Assembly: GCA_964016885.1 (NCBI GenBank)
Contig: OZ024744.1
Coordinates: 96,038,001 to 96,102,000, forward strand
Length of the DNA: 64,000 nt
Direction: 5' to 3'
DNA from: Eledone cirrhosa
Lineage: Eukaryota
Below are positions 1 to 13,950 of the stretch, one piece after another; position 1 is the first letter of the stretch, and each line of letters opens with the position of its first letter. The notes under the pieces are model-generated. The model saw only the letters and a list, made by a program, of their open reading frames with translations, was not told the DNA's origin and did no database searches. The position numbers were made by a program, and so were the translations under genes.

Positions 1-179
1 ACACCTAGATCACTCTCTTCAAGTTACCTAGAAACACAGCTTTATTTTGTCTTTTATCTATAATATATCTTCTCTAAATTTTTTCTACTTTTGACCATTT
101 CAGGTAAAAGTATGTATATTAAATTTGATCAGTTTGTATACTTCAGAACATAATTGTATCACAGCCATGATTGACTATA

Positions 180-369
180 ATAATTGTTTCTACTTTTGGC
201 ACAAGACCAGCAATTATCCAAGTGTATTACTAGTACTTTATTTTATCGAGCCCGTAAAGGTGAAAGGCAAAGTTAACCTCGGCGGAATTTGAACTCAGAA
301 TGGCAAGGGCCGTAACTCTATGCGTCAAAGCATGGCGTCTGACCCTCTACCGATACTGCCAATCCACCA
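180..369 (-). mobile_element. tRNA-derived SINE, family A
   Basis: Minus strand reads GGTGGATTGGCAGTATCGGTAGAG (A box) ... GAGTTCAAATTCC (B box), then GAGGTTAACTTTGCCTTTCA..GATAAAATAAAGTAC. More than 10 copies in the window. Confidence 0.9.
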
Positions 370-879
370 ATAATATATCATTCATTCATTCGTCGACTAC
401 TGTCGAGATGACGGATCTCACTCTCATGCCCCAGAATTCAGGAACCCCGGTGCAGTTAGTTGCGAAATCCATCATCTTTTCAAATAGCCAATTATATATA
501 CTAACTATTATTAACATAGTAAATTGTGTGATATTTGATATAGAGTGATATAGAGAGCAAAGAAATTTTAATTAATCAAAATTATACTCTTATTGATAGC
601 AAACATCATTATCTTAATAGCTAATTCTGGTTAAGAAAAGCAGAAGACACAGCACCATGATTTAAATCAATCAGACTTAATTAAATATACATTGAAGTGT
701 AGAAAGATTGACATTCAGACTAATCTAAGTGTTACTACAAGTTGTTATTAATATAATTCAGTTGAGAGATTTGCCAGTAAATTTTATTTATGGAACTAAT
801 TTATGATGTATCTTTTATGAGAATTGGCCATATGAAATTGAAATGCCAACAGTAAAGTGGTAGTGTTATTACCAAGAAA

Positions 880-1112
880 AGAACACCCAGTTCACCCTGT
901 CAGGTGGTAGTGTTGGTACCACGAGAAAACAAACTCCTTAGTACATACTATGAAGTGGTTGATGTTAGTAAGGGCATCTGGCAGTAGAGAGTATACCAAA
1001 ATCAGAATATATGAGCAAGACACAGTCATCTTACCTGTCTATCTTGTCTCAGAATTTGACAACCCATCTAACTCGTACAAACATGGGAAAATAGATGTTA
1101 AATAGCGATGAT
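880..1112 (+). mobile_element. 3' part of a SINE with an RTE-type tail
   Basis: GTGGTTGATGTTAGTAAGGGCATC...CATGGGAAAATAGATGTTAAA followed by (GAT)n. Diverged relative of 4455-4572. Confidence 0.6.
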
Positions 1113-1127
1113 GTTGTTGACGACGAC

Positions 1128-1166
<39 letters not shown>

Positions 1167-1225
1167 AATGTTGATGGTGTTGATGATGATGATGATAATG
1201 ATAATGATGATGATGATGATGATGT
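1107..1225. repeat. (GAT)n microsatellite
   Basis: Direct reading. Explains the poly-D/poly-H/poly-M ORFs. Confidence 0.95.
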
Positions 1226-1229
1226 TGAT

Positions 1230-1375
1230 TATAATTGTTTCTACTTTTTTGGCACAAGGCCAGCAATTATCCCAGTGCATTACTGGTACTTTATTTTATT
1301 GCCCCCCCCCCCCCCGTAAGGATGAAAGGCAAAGTTAACCTCAGCAGGATTTGAAGGTTAACTTTGCCTTTCATG
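1230..1375 (-). mobile_element. Truncated family-A SINE with terminal fold-back
   Basis: Matches 180-295. ATGAAAGGCAAAGTTAACCT (1322-1341) recurs inverted at 1355-1374. Confidence 0.8.
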
Positions 1376-1390
1376 GTGGTGTTGATTATA

Positions 1391-1428
<38 letters not shown>

Positions 1429-1814
1429 ATATATTATAATGACAATGATGCTAGCGATGACAACGACAATAATGGCTATTATAGAGGAAATTTTAAAACA
1501 TGTTTTTAAATTTGAGGAGAACTAAATAAATAAAACACTCTTTGTTACATTTTCATATTTTTACTACACTAGTATGATAGGTATTACAGGAGGCAAATTA
1601 GTAGAGTCATTAGAGCACAAAGCTGAAATGAATACAGCAAAGCATTCTATCTGACATTCTAATCATCATCATCATCATTTTATTAACGCCATCGTTCTTG
1701 TCAACGCTCCGTTTAGTTGGTATTTGTTGGTCTACAGTTAGATGAATGGCGCACAAAGGATTAATGTTTATTGGCAAGAAGTAGCAACTGGACTGGTTTG
1801 TTTCGCTTATATTA

Positions 1815-2030
1815 TATATTAAAATAACAGATTAAAGCTTAAGCAAAGAATCGCTGCTTTCTTCTTTAATGGGATCTTCTGAAACTAAAAAAATCAATCT
1901 GTGAACGCAGAAGTAAATATTTCGAAAAACGTTGCAGCCGAAGGAAAACAGGAAGACGATACTTTGGTTCGTGAAGACGTTCCTTGGCAATGAACAGAAA
2001 ATAGCGAACATAATACGTCAACAATGTTTG
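1815..2030 (-). mobile_element. PLE pseudo-LTR-like fragment (CAGAAGA-hammerhead family)
   Basis: Reverse-complement homolog of about 11720-11930. Confidence 0.7.
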
Positions 2031-2284
2031 TCATAATGTTGTAATGTAGACATACATACAGATATTATTAGGGTGCGACGGAGATCGATAACCAGCGCCT
2101 AACATCCCTTTAACAACAGAAAATTGAAAAATAAAAGCTGCAGTTAGTATCTTTAGACCGCAAGGAATATATAAAGGCAAATTTGAAGTCAATTGGAGTA
2201 GAAATATGGATTTGTATAGACTTTTCAAAAATGAGGACACACACAGACAACTACAGTTTTATATATATGTATAGATAGATAGAT
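2030..2284 (-). mobile_element. Non-autonomous Helitron-like 5' end
   Basis: Minus strand begins ATCTATCTATACATATATATAAAACTGTAGTTGTCTGTGTGTG, similar to the end of the element at 43385-44077. Confidence 0.45.
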
Positions 2285-2365
2285 TAAAGGTGCCAAATAA
2301 TTGCGTCCGTAGGTGGTATGCCGAATGCGCACTCGATGCTCTTAGACGCGAGTCTACATGTTAAC

Positions 2366-2457
2366 ACATATCTGAGGAGCTTCCGATTCCAGAGACAGGT
2401 CCGATCATTAATCGATTGTTCCTCGAGCTGATTGACAGTGAAACATATGTAATATGT
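2366..2457 (+). ncRNA. Type I hammerhead ribozyme with extended stem II
   Basis: ACATAT-CTGAGGA-[61-nt stem II]-GAAA-CATATG-TA-ATATGT. Stem I pairs perfectly and stem III is palindromic. Confidence 0.8.
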
Positions 2458-2524
2458 AATTAAATATGTATATGATGCAACACTTATTCATTGTTCCCTT
2501 ATATATTTTATAATATATACATAT

Positions 2525-3125
2525 ACTAGCGACCTCCCTGCCTTCAACCTGGTCTGTACTGTGCTCAAATCTATTTATAAGGCACCTATTGTCATCTATC
2601 GTAATGTCCATTTTCCTTAAAATGAAAGATGTTAAAAGGTATTTAAATATTGCATAACATAATTTAAAAAAATTATTTAGAATATCGAAGTACAGAAAGT
2701 AATAAAGAAAGTCACAGAAAAATGTTATAATGTTATAATTATAAAACATTTACAGAATTTCTGTATATACAATGTTTTTAACTTTTTTCTTTTAAGAGTT
2801 TAAGGTGGCTTCATTCTCTGGAACAACCTACTTACAATTGACCATGTGAGAAACATCTCTCTTCTAGATTTAGACTGACAATCTGCAGGATTTGACTTGG
2901 GACTTGTTGATGGTCATTGTGTAACTGACTCTCACTGGGAATTGCAATCATTTGAAATGAAAGGGGCACATATGTTGGCATTAGTGGCATTTTAGGTATA
3001 AATACGATGTCTCCACATCCAGTGAAGATTTTGGCTTCAATACTGCGAGACTTAGTTCAGTCACAACCATATGCGCCCCATTACACCATCATGGCTGATC
3101 CAAGTTTCTGAAAAGCATTCTTCAG
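2525..3125 (-). pseudogene. Helitron Pif1-family helicase C-terminus plus Helitron 3' end
   Basis: Frameshifted translation RNLDQP*WCNG...IEAKIFTGCGDIVFIP...LQFPVRVSYTMTINKSQ...CFSHGQL*VGCSR...NIVYTEIL*, ending in CTAG at 2525-2528. Confidence 0.88.
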
Positions 3126-3759
3126 TAACAAAGGATTTTTTTTCTATGAATTTAATCCGCCGAGAGGTGCTTATATGTTACTACGAGGGCTCTTCTCTCC
3201 CTTTCCACTCCTGTTATTGTCACTGAAGAAATATCCGAGGCTGGTAAAATCCGAGGGTTCCCTTCCAATTCCGTTTTCTGAAAAGAAGGCGATTGAAAGC
3301 GTGCCGGAAGTCATGAAAACCTAAGAAAAAAAAAAATTCTTCGTGATCCCCAACGGGTGCTTTTCTATAAATTTAAAAGGCTGAAAGTTGCTTATCTGTA
3401 GCCCCGAGGGCTCCCCTCACTTGTCATCTCCGTTTTCGGAAAAAAGGAGTCGTTGGCGAGTGAGTCAGATGTCAGATCGGTCGAAATAAACAACATAGAA
3501 AAGAACAAAAAAAATTCTCTCTGAAGAAATCTCCGAAACTGGGAAAATCCGAGGGTTAGCATCTCGCCCCCTCTCTCTTCTGCTGAAATATCGGCAGTGT
3601 TTGAAGTTGGACACCTCGTCGGAGATATTTCCTTTTTGTAGCGCAAACATGGCAGCATTGGAACCATTGTTGAGACATATTTGCACACATACTTTCTAGC
3701 CCCCATTTCGGTTTCGGAAAAAAGCTATTGCGATATATGTATGTGTATGTATTCGTATA

Positions 3760-3946
3760 CGAGAGGGTTCTGAAAGGTTCCTAGCTTTAAGGGTATTCAC
3801 GAAAGGGTAGAGCTGTTAGCTTTACAGAGGAAGTAGGACCGTTGCAATAAGTATGTGAATCTGAGAGGGGAATATGTTGAATAAAATCATAATTAACTGA
3901 TCTTCCTGTATTTTCTTGTACCCAAAGCCAGGAACTTTTCAGCATC

Positions 3947-3948
<2 letters not shown>
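3760..3948 (+). mobile_element. Internally deleted mariner element (MITE-like)
   Basis: TA-CGAGAGGGTTCTGAAAGGTTCCTAGCTT left TIR and AAGCCAGGAACTTTTCAGCATCCC right TIR. Remnant transposase C-terminus RCNKYVNLRGEYVE*. Confidence 0.75.
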
Positions 3949-3987
<39 letters not shown>

Positions 3988-3992
<5 letters not shown>

Positions 3993-4278
3993 GTAATTCC
4001 GTCGGAAAAGTCCAGGAAAAAAGAGTGCTCTATGTAAGCAACAGAGCTTAATTATTATTATGTAATAAACAACATAAGGCAATTATTCCATTTACCAGTG
4101 GTTTCTTAAAAGCAAAAGATTTTGCTTTCAATCCTCAGAATGAAAAAATCCTGGTTTGTTTATTGAATTTGGATCTTAAAAACAAAAAAAGCAAGCTATA
4201 TGAAAGTGAGGCTGGAGAAGGAAGAAGGAAACGAAAGATAAAAATAAAATAAGACTACCCATACAACCACACATACAC

Positions 4279-4285
<7 letters not shown>
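3988..4285. repeat. Dispersed pLTR-like repeat (segment A family)
   Basis: Near-identical to 6535-6810, inverted at about 12420-12630, partial at 9440-9530, 41860-41900 and 54183-54240. Confidence 0.8.
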
Positions 4286-4334
<49 letters not shown>

Positions 4335-4335
<1 letters not shown>

Positions 4336-4453
4336 ATTCCGGGTTGAATCGGAGCAATGTGAAATAAAGTGTCTTGCTCAAGGAAACAACACATCACCCG
4401 GTCTGAGAATTGAACTCACAACCTTTCGATTGCAAGGCCAATGCTCTAACCAC
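4335..4453 (-). mobile_element. tRNA-derived SINE, family B (CORE-like), 5' part
   Basis: GTGGTTAGAGCATTGG...GAGTTCAATTCTC...TCCTTGAGCAAGACACTTTATTTCAC. Related to 36470-36740 and 47066-47390. Confidence 0.75.
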
Positions 4454-4454
4454 A

Positions 4455-5502
<1,048 letters not shown>

Positions 5503-5514
5503 ATATATATATAT

Positions 5515-6411
<897 letters not shown>

Positions 6412-7112
6412 TGATGCTTCCATAGGCGGTATGCCGGTTGAGCACTCTATGCTCTTACAGAGCAGAGTATGGTATAATATAAAATGAAAAATCAGTGATG
6501 CATCTGAAATCAATTTATATATATATATATAAATGAAGTAATTCCGTCGGAAAAGTCCAGGAAAAAAGAGTGCTCTATGTAGGTAACAGAGCTTAATAGT
6601 TATGTAATAAACAACATAAGGCAATTATTCCATTTACCAGTGGTTTCTTAAAAGCAAAAGATTTTGCTTTCAATCCTCAGAATGAAAAAATCCTGGTCTG
6701 TTTATTGAATTTGGATTTTAAAAACAAAAATATAATCTATATGAAAGTGAGGCTGGAAAAGGGAGAAGGAAAGGAAAAATAAAATAAAACTACACATGCA
6801 AACACACACACACAAACACAAGAGCATATATACACACACACATATATATATATATATTATATAAACATATATATATATACATATACATACATATATATAT
6901 ACACATACATACACTCATACATACACACACGCACACATATATACACACATATATGTGTATATAAATACACACAAACACATATATACATACGCACATAAAT
7001 ATCAACACATCCATACATACACATACATATATACAACCACACACACATATATACACACATACATACACATAGAAACATAAATATAAATACATATACATAC
7101 ACACATATACAT

Positions 7113-7177
<65 letters not shown>

Positions 7178-7242
7178 TATATATATATATATAAAATAAA
7201 GTTAAATAAAAGTCAAATGATTAAAATTTAGCTTCGTTTATT

Positions 7243-7297
7243 ACTGCTATATATATTTCAGTGACAGCCATCTTTGGCTGTGACCTCTTCAGGCAGT
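7243..7297 (-). ncRNA. Type I hammerhead ribozyme (6094 family)
   Basis: Reverse complement of 6094-6148. Confidence 0.85.
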
Positions 7298-7885
7298 TTG
7301 AATTAGTATGGTATAGACAAGTACATATGTTGTTGAGGTGTATAATATTGTCAATACTCTGATATACCCAGTTCCTTGTTGGTATACAACCAACATAAAC
7401 TCAAAATCTCTCTCTATCTCTCTCTCTATATATATATATGTATGTGTACAAGCATACACATACACATACACAAACAGAGCCATACACACAAACATGCACA
7501 CAATCATACATATATACACACGTACATACATACACATACATAAATGCACTCCTCTACATATTCACACACGCAAATAAATATAAGAAAAAAATGCACGTAT
7601 ACATACGTACGAAATAGTAAATACATACACATACTCTCGCACATAAATATACATATACAAATACATAAACATATACATACATGCACAAACACGCACACGC
7701 ACACGTATACAATTATACACACATATGTATATGTAATTATACACACACACACATATATATATATATACATAAATATAAACATACACACACACACAATTAT
7801 GTATACATACACACATACAAATACATACATAGCTATACAATTATACACATACAAATACGTACATATCATAAACACGCACAACCAA

Positions 7886-7954
<69 letters not shown>

Positions 7955-8219
7955 CAAAAGTTTTATTTAAAATTGTTGGGTTACAACGAGTAAATATTTT
8001 ATAACTGATATAAAAGCACTCAACAGATTTGGAGTATTTTACGATATTAAACAAATGGAAACTACATTTATAAAACTACATTTATAAAACCACATTTATA
8101 AAACTACATTTATATATATATATATATATATATGCAAAAGTTTTATTTAAAATTGTTGGGATACAACAAGTAAATATTTTATAACTGATATAAAGCACTC
8201 GACAAGTTTTTGGAGTAGA

Positions 8220-9305
8220 TATACGATATTAAATAAATGGAAACTATATTTATAAAACCATATTTATTTCATTATACATATTTTAGGGATACCAAATTAA
8301 AATATGGCATGCCTTCGTCAGATAAAATACAATATATAAACAGTTTTATAAATAATTTTGACGTACCCTATTATAAGCGACCATTATTTTTGGAAGCTGT
8401 CTGGATAGTGAAATGTTTATAATTATTTTATTAGTTATAGTGTTAAGCACAGTTAGAAAAGAACGGAGAGAAAGAAAAAACGGAGAGAAAGAAAAAACGG
8501 ACACAAGAAATGTATAGAGTTGATCAGGTGAAATCATTTGTATGTCTATATTATTGACTAGAGTAGACATAATTTTCTCTTTTTTCTTTTTTCTTTTTTC
8601 TTTTTTCAGAACGTACATATGCGTGTATATATATATACATATATGTATCCGTATTTTTATAAATAGGGTAATTTTTGATGGTTTTAACTCAGATTTTGGT
8701 ATATTGACCTCAGAGTTTTCAACTAAACATATGGTCATTATTGAACAATGTTATTTTCTCATACTATATATCTATGTCTCATTCATGAATATTGATATTT
8801 GCATTTTTATTATTCATTTCATATAAATTGTTATTTCAACTTAATATGACATGACGTAAAGTTGTCACTGTGTCCTCTTCTCTCTATATAGTACTTCCTC
8901 TCTCTTGAGTTTCTCTATCTGTATGATGAATTATTATCTCTCTGTTGCTTTCTTTTGCCTTTCTTTTTTCTTTTTCTTTTTCATTTCCTCCTATCTATTT
9001 ATATTTTTCTCTCTCTCTCCTTCTTTTTCTCTCTCATTCTCTCTCTCCGTTTTTTCTTTCTCTCCGTTCTTTTCTAACTGTGCTTAACACTATAACTAAT
9101 AAAATAATTATAAACATTACACTATCCAGACAGCTTCCCAAAATAATGGTCGCTTACAATAGGGTACGTCAAAATTATTTATAAAACTATTTATATATTG
9201 TATTTTATCTGACGAAGGCATGCCATATTTTAATTTGGTATCCCTGAAATATGTATAATGAAATAAATATGGTTTTATAAATATAGTTTCCATCTATTTA
9301 ATATC
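8220..9305. mobile_element. Fold-back pLTR-type element with hammerhead
   Basis: 8220-8495 is inverted at 9045-9305. The minus-arm HHR (8266-8327) has GAAA changed to AAAA. Confidence 0.75.
9203..9263 (+). ncRNA. Type I hammerhead ribozyme
   Basis: TTTTAT-CTGACGA-AGGCATGCCA..TGGTATCCCT-GAAA-TATGTA-TA-ATGAAA. Confidence 0.8.
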
Positions 9306-9597
9306 GTATATATATATATATATATATATACATACACACACATACACATATACATGTGTGTGTGTGTAAAACTCAGTCTTAGATAATTCATATGAACCTT
9401 ATATATACATATATATAGTAGTAAAGTAATAAAGTAATAAGCAACATAAGGCAATTATTCCATTCACCAATGGTTTCTTAAAAGCAAAAAATTTTTCCTT
9501 CAATCTTCAGAATGAAAAAAACCTGGTCTATCTACATATACATACATATACACACACAAATATACATATATATACATATATATACACACACATATAC

Positions 9598-9690
<93 letters not shown>

Positions 9691-10101
9691 AATATACATA
9701 CACATAGGTATGTGAAGGGCAAGGCAAAAATAATATGTGGGGGGGGGGGGGGACATAGGAAAAGGTGAAATATAAGGGGAGGTAAGGGAGAAAAAAATAA
9801 ATATACAAGAGTACAGAAAGTAGAATCAGCAAAAAATGTTGTCCTCATCTGAAATCGCATCTGATCTGTAACTGGATTGACACTCCTATGATAAATCAAC
9901 CGCCTTGAACTCCTTCTCTGCTCTTTACTTCTGGTACGGTTTTTTTTTTTTTTTTTTTTTTTTTTGCTGATGTTACTTTCTGTGCTCTTGTATATTTATT
10001 TTTTTCTCCCTTACCTCCCCTATATTTCACCTTTTCCTATGTCCCCCCCCCCCACATATTATTTTTGCCTTGCCCTTCACATACCTATGTGTATGTATAT
10101 T

Positions 10102-10148
<47 letters not shown>

Positions 10149-10420
10149 GTATATGTGTGTGTATATATATGTATATATATGTATATTTGTGTGTGTATAT
10201 GTATGTATATGTAGATAGACCAGTTTTTTTTCATTCTGAAGATTGAAGGAAACATTTTTTGCTTTTAAGAAACCACTGGTGAATGGAATAATTGCCTTAT
10301 GTTGCTTATTACTTTATTACTTTACTACTATATATATATGTATATGTAAGGTTCATATGAATTATCTAAGACTGAGTTTTACACACACACACACATGTAT
10401 ATGTGTATGTGTGTGTATGA

Positions 10421-10458
<38 letters not shown>

Positions 10459-11064
10459 GTGTTTGTATTTGGTTGTGCGTGTTTATGATATGTACGTATT
10501 TGTATGTGTATAATTGTATAGCTATGTATGCATTTGTATGTGTGTATGTATACATAATTGTGTGTGTGTGTATGTTTATATTTATGTATATATATATATA
10601 TGTGTGTGTGTGTATAATTACATATACATATGTGTGTGTATAATTATATACGTGTGCGTGTTTGTGCATGTATGTGTATGTGTTTATGTATTTGTATATG
10701 TATATTTATGTGCGAGAGTGTGTGTATGTATTTACTATTTCGTACGTATGTATACGTGCATTTGTGTGTATTACTTACCACGCGTGTCTGTCCAGTTAGC
10801 TGCGTTCTGTACCGCTGTCAAAAATTTAATATATATATATATATTTTTTTTTTCTTATATTTATTTGCGTGTGTGAATATGTAGAGGAGTGCATTTATGT
10901 ATGTGTATGTATGTACGTGTGTATATATGTATGATTGTGTGCATGTATGTATGTATGTATATGTATGTGTGTATGGCTATGTTTGTGTATGTGTATGCTT
11001 GTACACATATATATATATATATATATATGTATATGTGTATATATATATACATATATATATTAAT

Positions 11065-12010
11065 TTATTAAAATAACAGATTAAAGTTTAAGCAAAGAAT
11101 CGCTGCTTTCACCCTTAACGGGATCTTCTGAAACTAGCGTCCGAGTGAGTATGCAGGTTCGTACGTATGGTGGGTGTGTGTATATGTGTACTTCTTGTTT
11201 TAGTTGACTTACGTCTCCGTACATTCGTGTATTTATATGTAGGTATGTGTGTGCGCTTGTTATATACGTATTTATTTACTTATATACGTTTATATAATTA
11301 TTTATTTATTTATTTGTACACAAGCATACACACACACACATATTTATATGTGCGTGGTTTTGTATACCTATGGTAAGGTTTAGCGTATGCTTGTGTATGT
11401 ACGTATCTGTTTGCGTGTATGTATTTATTTGTTTCTATTACTTCTGTATCGTATTTATTTACTTTGTTCTTAACTCTGTAGCGGAGATTCATTTGGTCTC
11501 CTAGTTAGAATTTTAGTCTACGACTTCTGCTATACCATTTACGTGGTTTTGTCCTTGCGTGCTTTTGTTCTCCACGCTCCACATATGACTTATTATCTTC
11601 GTTTTTTCGTTCATTGCCAGAGAACGTCTATATGCACAAACCTAAGAGAACATTAGTCTACGACCTCTTTTATACCATAAACGTGGTTTTGTCTTTGTAC
11701 GTAATTGTTTTTCACCGCTCCTATTAATGACGTATTATTCGTTTTTTCCCGTTCTTTGCCAGCGAACGTCACCACGAACCAAAGTATCGTCTTCCTGTCT
11801 TCCTCCGGCTGCAACGTTTTTTGAAATATCCAGTTCTGCGTTTACAGATTGACTTTGTTAGTTTCAGAAGATCCCGTTAAGGGTGAAAGCAGCGATTCTT
11901 TGCTTAAACTTTAATCTGTTATTTTAATAAATATTTGCTCTACGGTTCTTATATATTTGATATATATTTTCCTTTGGATTTTAGTCTTCAATTTTATTAT
12001 TATTACTATA
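11065..12010 (+). mobile_element. pLTR-type element with inverted terminal arm
   Basis: 11065-11136 is inverted at 11859-11930. The 3' part recurs at 36326-36450 (minus) and 62345-62445. Confidence 0.7.
11860..11910 (+). ncRNA. Hammerhead-like motif with CAGAAGA core variant
   Basis: AGTTT-CAGAAGA-TCCC-GTTAA-GGGT-GAAA-GCA..TGC-TT-AAACT. Confidence 0.6.
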
Positions 12011-12293
12011 CATATATATATATATATATATGTATGTTTATGTGTGTATGTATATGTATTTATATTTATGTTTCTATGTGTATGTATGTGTGTATATATG
12101 TGTGTGTGGTTGTATATATGTATGTGTATGTATGGATGTGTTGATATTTATGTGCGTATGTATATATGTGTTTGTGTGTATTTATATACACATATATGTG
12201 TGTATATATGTGTACGTGTGTGTATGTATGAGTGTATGTATGTGTGTATATATATATATGTATGTATATGTATATATATATATGTATATATAT

Positions 12294-12389
<96 letters not shown>

Positions 12390-12807
12390 ATGTGTGTATA
12401 TATGCTCTTGTGTTTTTGTGTGTGTGTTTGCATGTGTAGTTTTATTTTATTTTTCCTTTCCTTCTTCCTTCTCCAGCCTCACTTTCATATAGATTGCATT
12501 TTTGTTTTTAAAATCCAAATTCAATAAACAGACCAGGATTTTTTCATTCTGAGGATTGAAAGCAAAATCTTTTGCTTTTAAGAAACCACTGGTAAATGGA
12601 ATAATTGCCTTATGTTGTTTATTATATAACTATATATATATATAGTTATACTTTGGGAGGGTCATGTTGCCAATAAGAAACACACGCACCAGTTGCTTTC
12701 ACTTCAATTTATTATATATTTATAAATTTATAAATTTACAAATCTACAAACTTATAAATTTCTGGTTGGTTGGTTGGTTCCACAACCAGATAGTTGTTTA
12801 TATATAT

Positions 12808-12852
12808 AGTCATAGTCCTTTCGTCACACACTCTGTGACCTCTTCAGTGACT
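12808..12852 (-). ncRNA. Type I hammerhead ribozyme
   Basis: AGTCA-CTGAAGA-G-GTCACA-GAGTG-TGTGAC-GAAA-GGAC-TA-TGACT. Lies in repeat 12645-12860, homologous to 17253-17405 (HHR at 17359-17403 with GAAA changed to GGAA). Confidence 0.8.
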
Positions 12853-13159
12853 GGGGATTCCTTTCTTCGTTTCTGTGCCTTTTCTTTCTTCTATCCTATG
12901 CCATTATATGTTTATCCAGGGGTCAATCGGGCGTAACCACAGTAAGTAAGGTACTCAATACATAGCAGAGTATAAATATTAAATATAAAAATGGCTTCTA
13001 CAGGACTAGAACTGTTTCATTCGGGAGAAATCATCATCATCATCATCATATATATATATATATATATGTGTGTAAAAGGTAAACAGAAATAACAATACAA
13101 TCTGTACAGTATATGGAAGGTATATATTAGGTTAACGCTTGATATAGCAGGAAGAGAGT

Positions 13160-13193
13160 CTTAACGTTTCGGACGCTAGTCCTTCATCAGAAG
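13160..13193 (-). ncRNA. Minimal PLE-type hammerhead
   Basis: CTT-CTGATGA-AGGAC-TAGC-GTCC-GAAA-CG-TT-AAG within pLTR 13070-13330. Homolog at 25535-25750. Confidence 0.75.
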
Positions 13194-13334
13194 AAAGAAT
13201 GAAAAATACAATAGATTGAGAGGACGGGTGGGTTGGAATTGGAAAACATGTCTTTAGATAAAAATAACAGGTCCATTCATGTTGACATCTCTTAAACCAC
13301 AAATCCTCCATCTCAATTCTGTTATTTTTAAAGG

Positions 13335-13472
13335 GGAGGTAGGACCGCTGCAATAAGTATGTGAATCTGAGAGGGGAATATGTTGAATAAAATTACAATT
13401 AACTGATCTTCCTATATTTTCTTTTAACCAAAGCCAAGAACTTTTCAGCATACCCCCCCCCCCCCACTCGTA
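13335..13472 (+). mobile_element. Mariner 3' fragment
   Basis: Homologous to 3830-3948. The TIR ends ...CTCG-TA. Confidence 0.7.
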
Positions 13473-13861
13473 GAAGACCATTATATTGGGATGGGCATCT
13501 TGCAGATGAAACGCAATAGCCCTTATTGCACAATAACTGCTGGCATTAGGTAATCTCTGCATATAAAACTCTTAATAACAACTGTTATAGACAGAATGTT
13601 TTGCAGAAACATGATCCGTCCAGGAATTTGATACAGAATTATTATTACTCAAATACTGCCATTTTACTTACTGCTTAACTATTTGTGTGCATTCTGACAA
13701 ATAGTTTGCATTTTCTTACTTGCAAGCCTATTAGCTTATTGAGAGAGTGAGAAATGGTTGAGCTCGGTGGAATAAAGTCAGTGACCTTCGTAAACAAATG
13801 TGGTTGTGTGTGTGTATGTGTATGTGTGGGATGTGTGCGTGTGACTGTGTGTGTGTGTATG

Positions 13862-13949
<88 letters not shown>

Positions 13950-13950
<1 letters not shown>

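Larger units (their letters stand above)
6600..12630. repeat. Large interrupted inverted duplication centred near 9900
   Basis: Reverse-complement pairs: 6600-7110/12030-12630, 7430-7900/10445-11030 and 9335-9835/9960-10420. Confidence 0.85.

Noticed and set aside
180-369. tRNA gene-like A/B boxes
   Set aside because: No complete cloverleaf. These are SINE heads followed by a SINE body.
1039-1338. Poly-His/Asp/Met ORFs (also 14802-15050 and 34950-35610)
   Set aside because: Translations of (GAT)n microsatellites.
2385-2403. GACAGGTCCG/GTCAGGTTCG resembling SRP RNA helix 8
   Set aside because: The complementary GNRA loop and AGCAG strand are absent. The sequence lies within hammerhead stem II.
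3130-3730. ORF 3392-3706 and a local degenerate duplication
   Set aside because: No recognisable protein motif or splice structure.
6700-12530. Numerous YI/CV/HT-rich ORFs
   Set aside because: Artefacts of (TA)n/(CA)n repeats, here and throughout the window.
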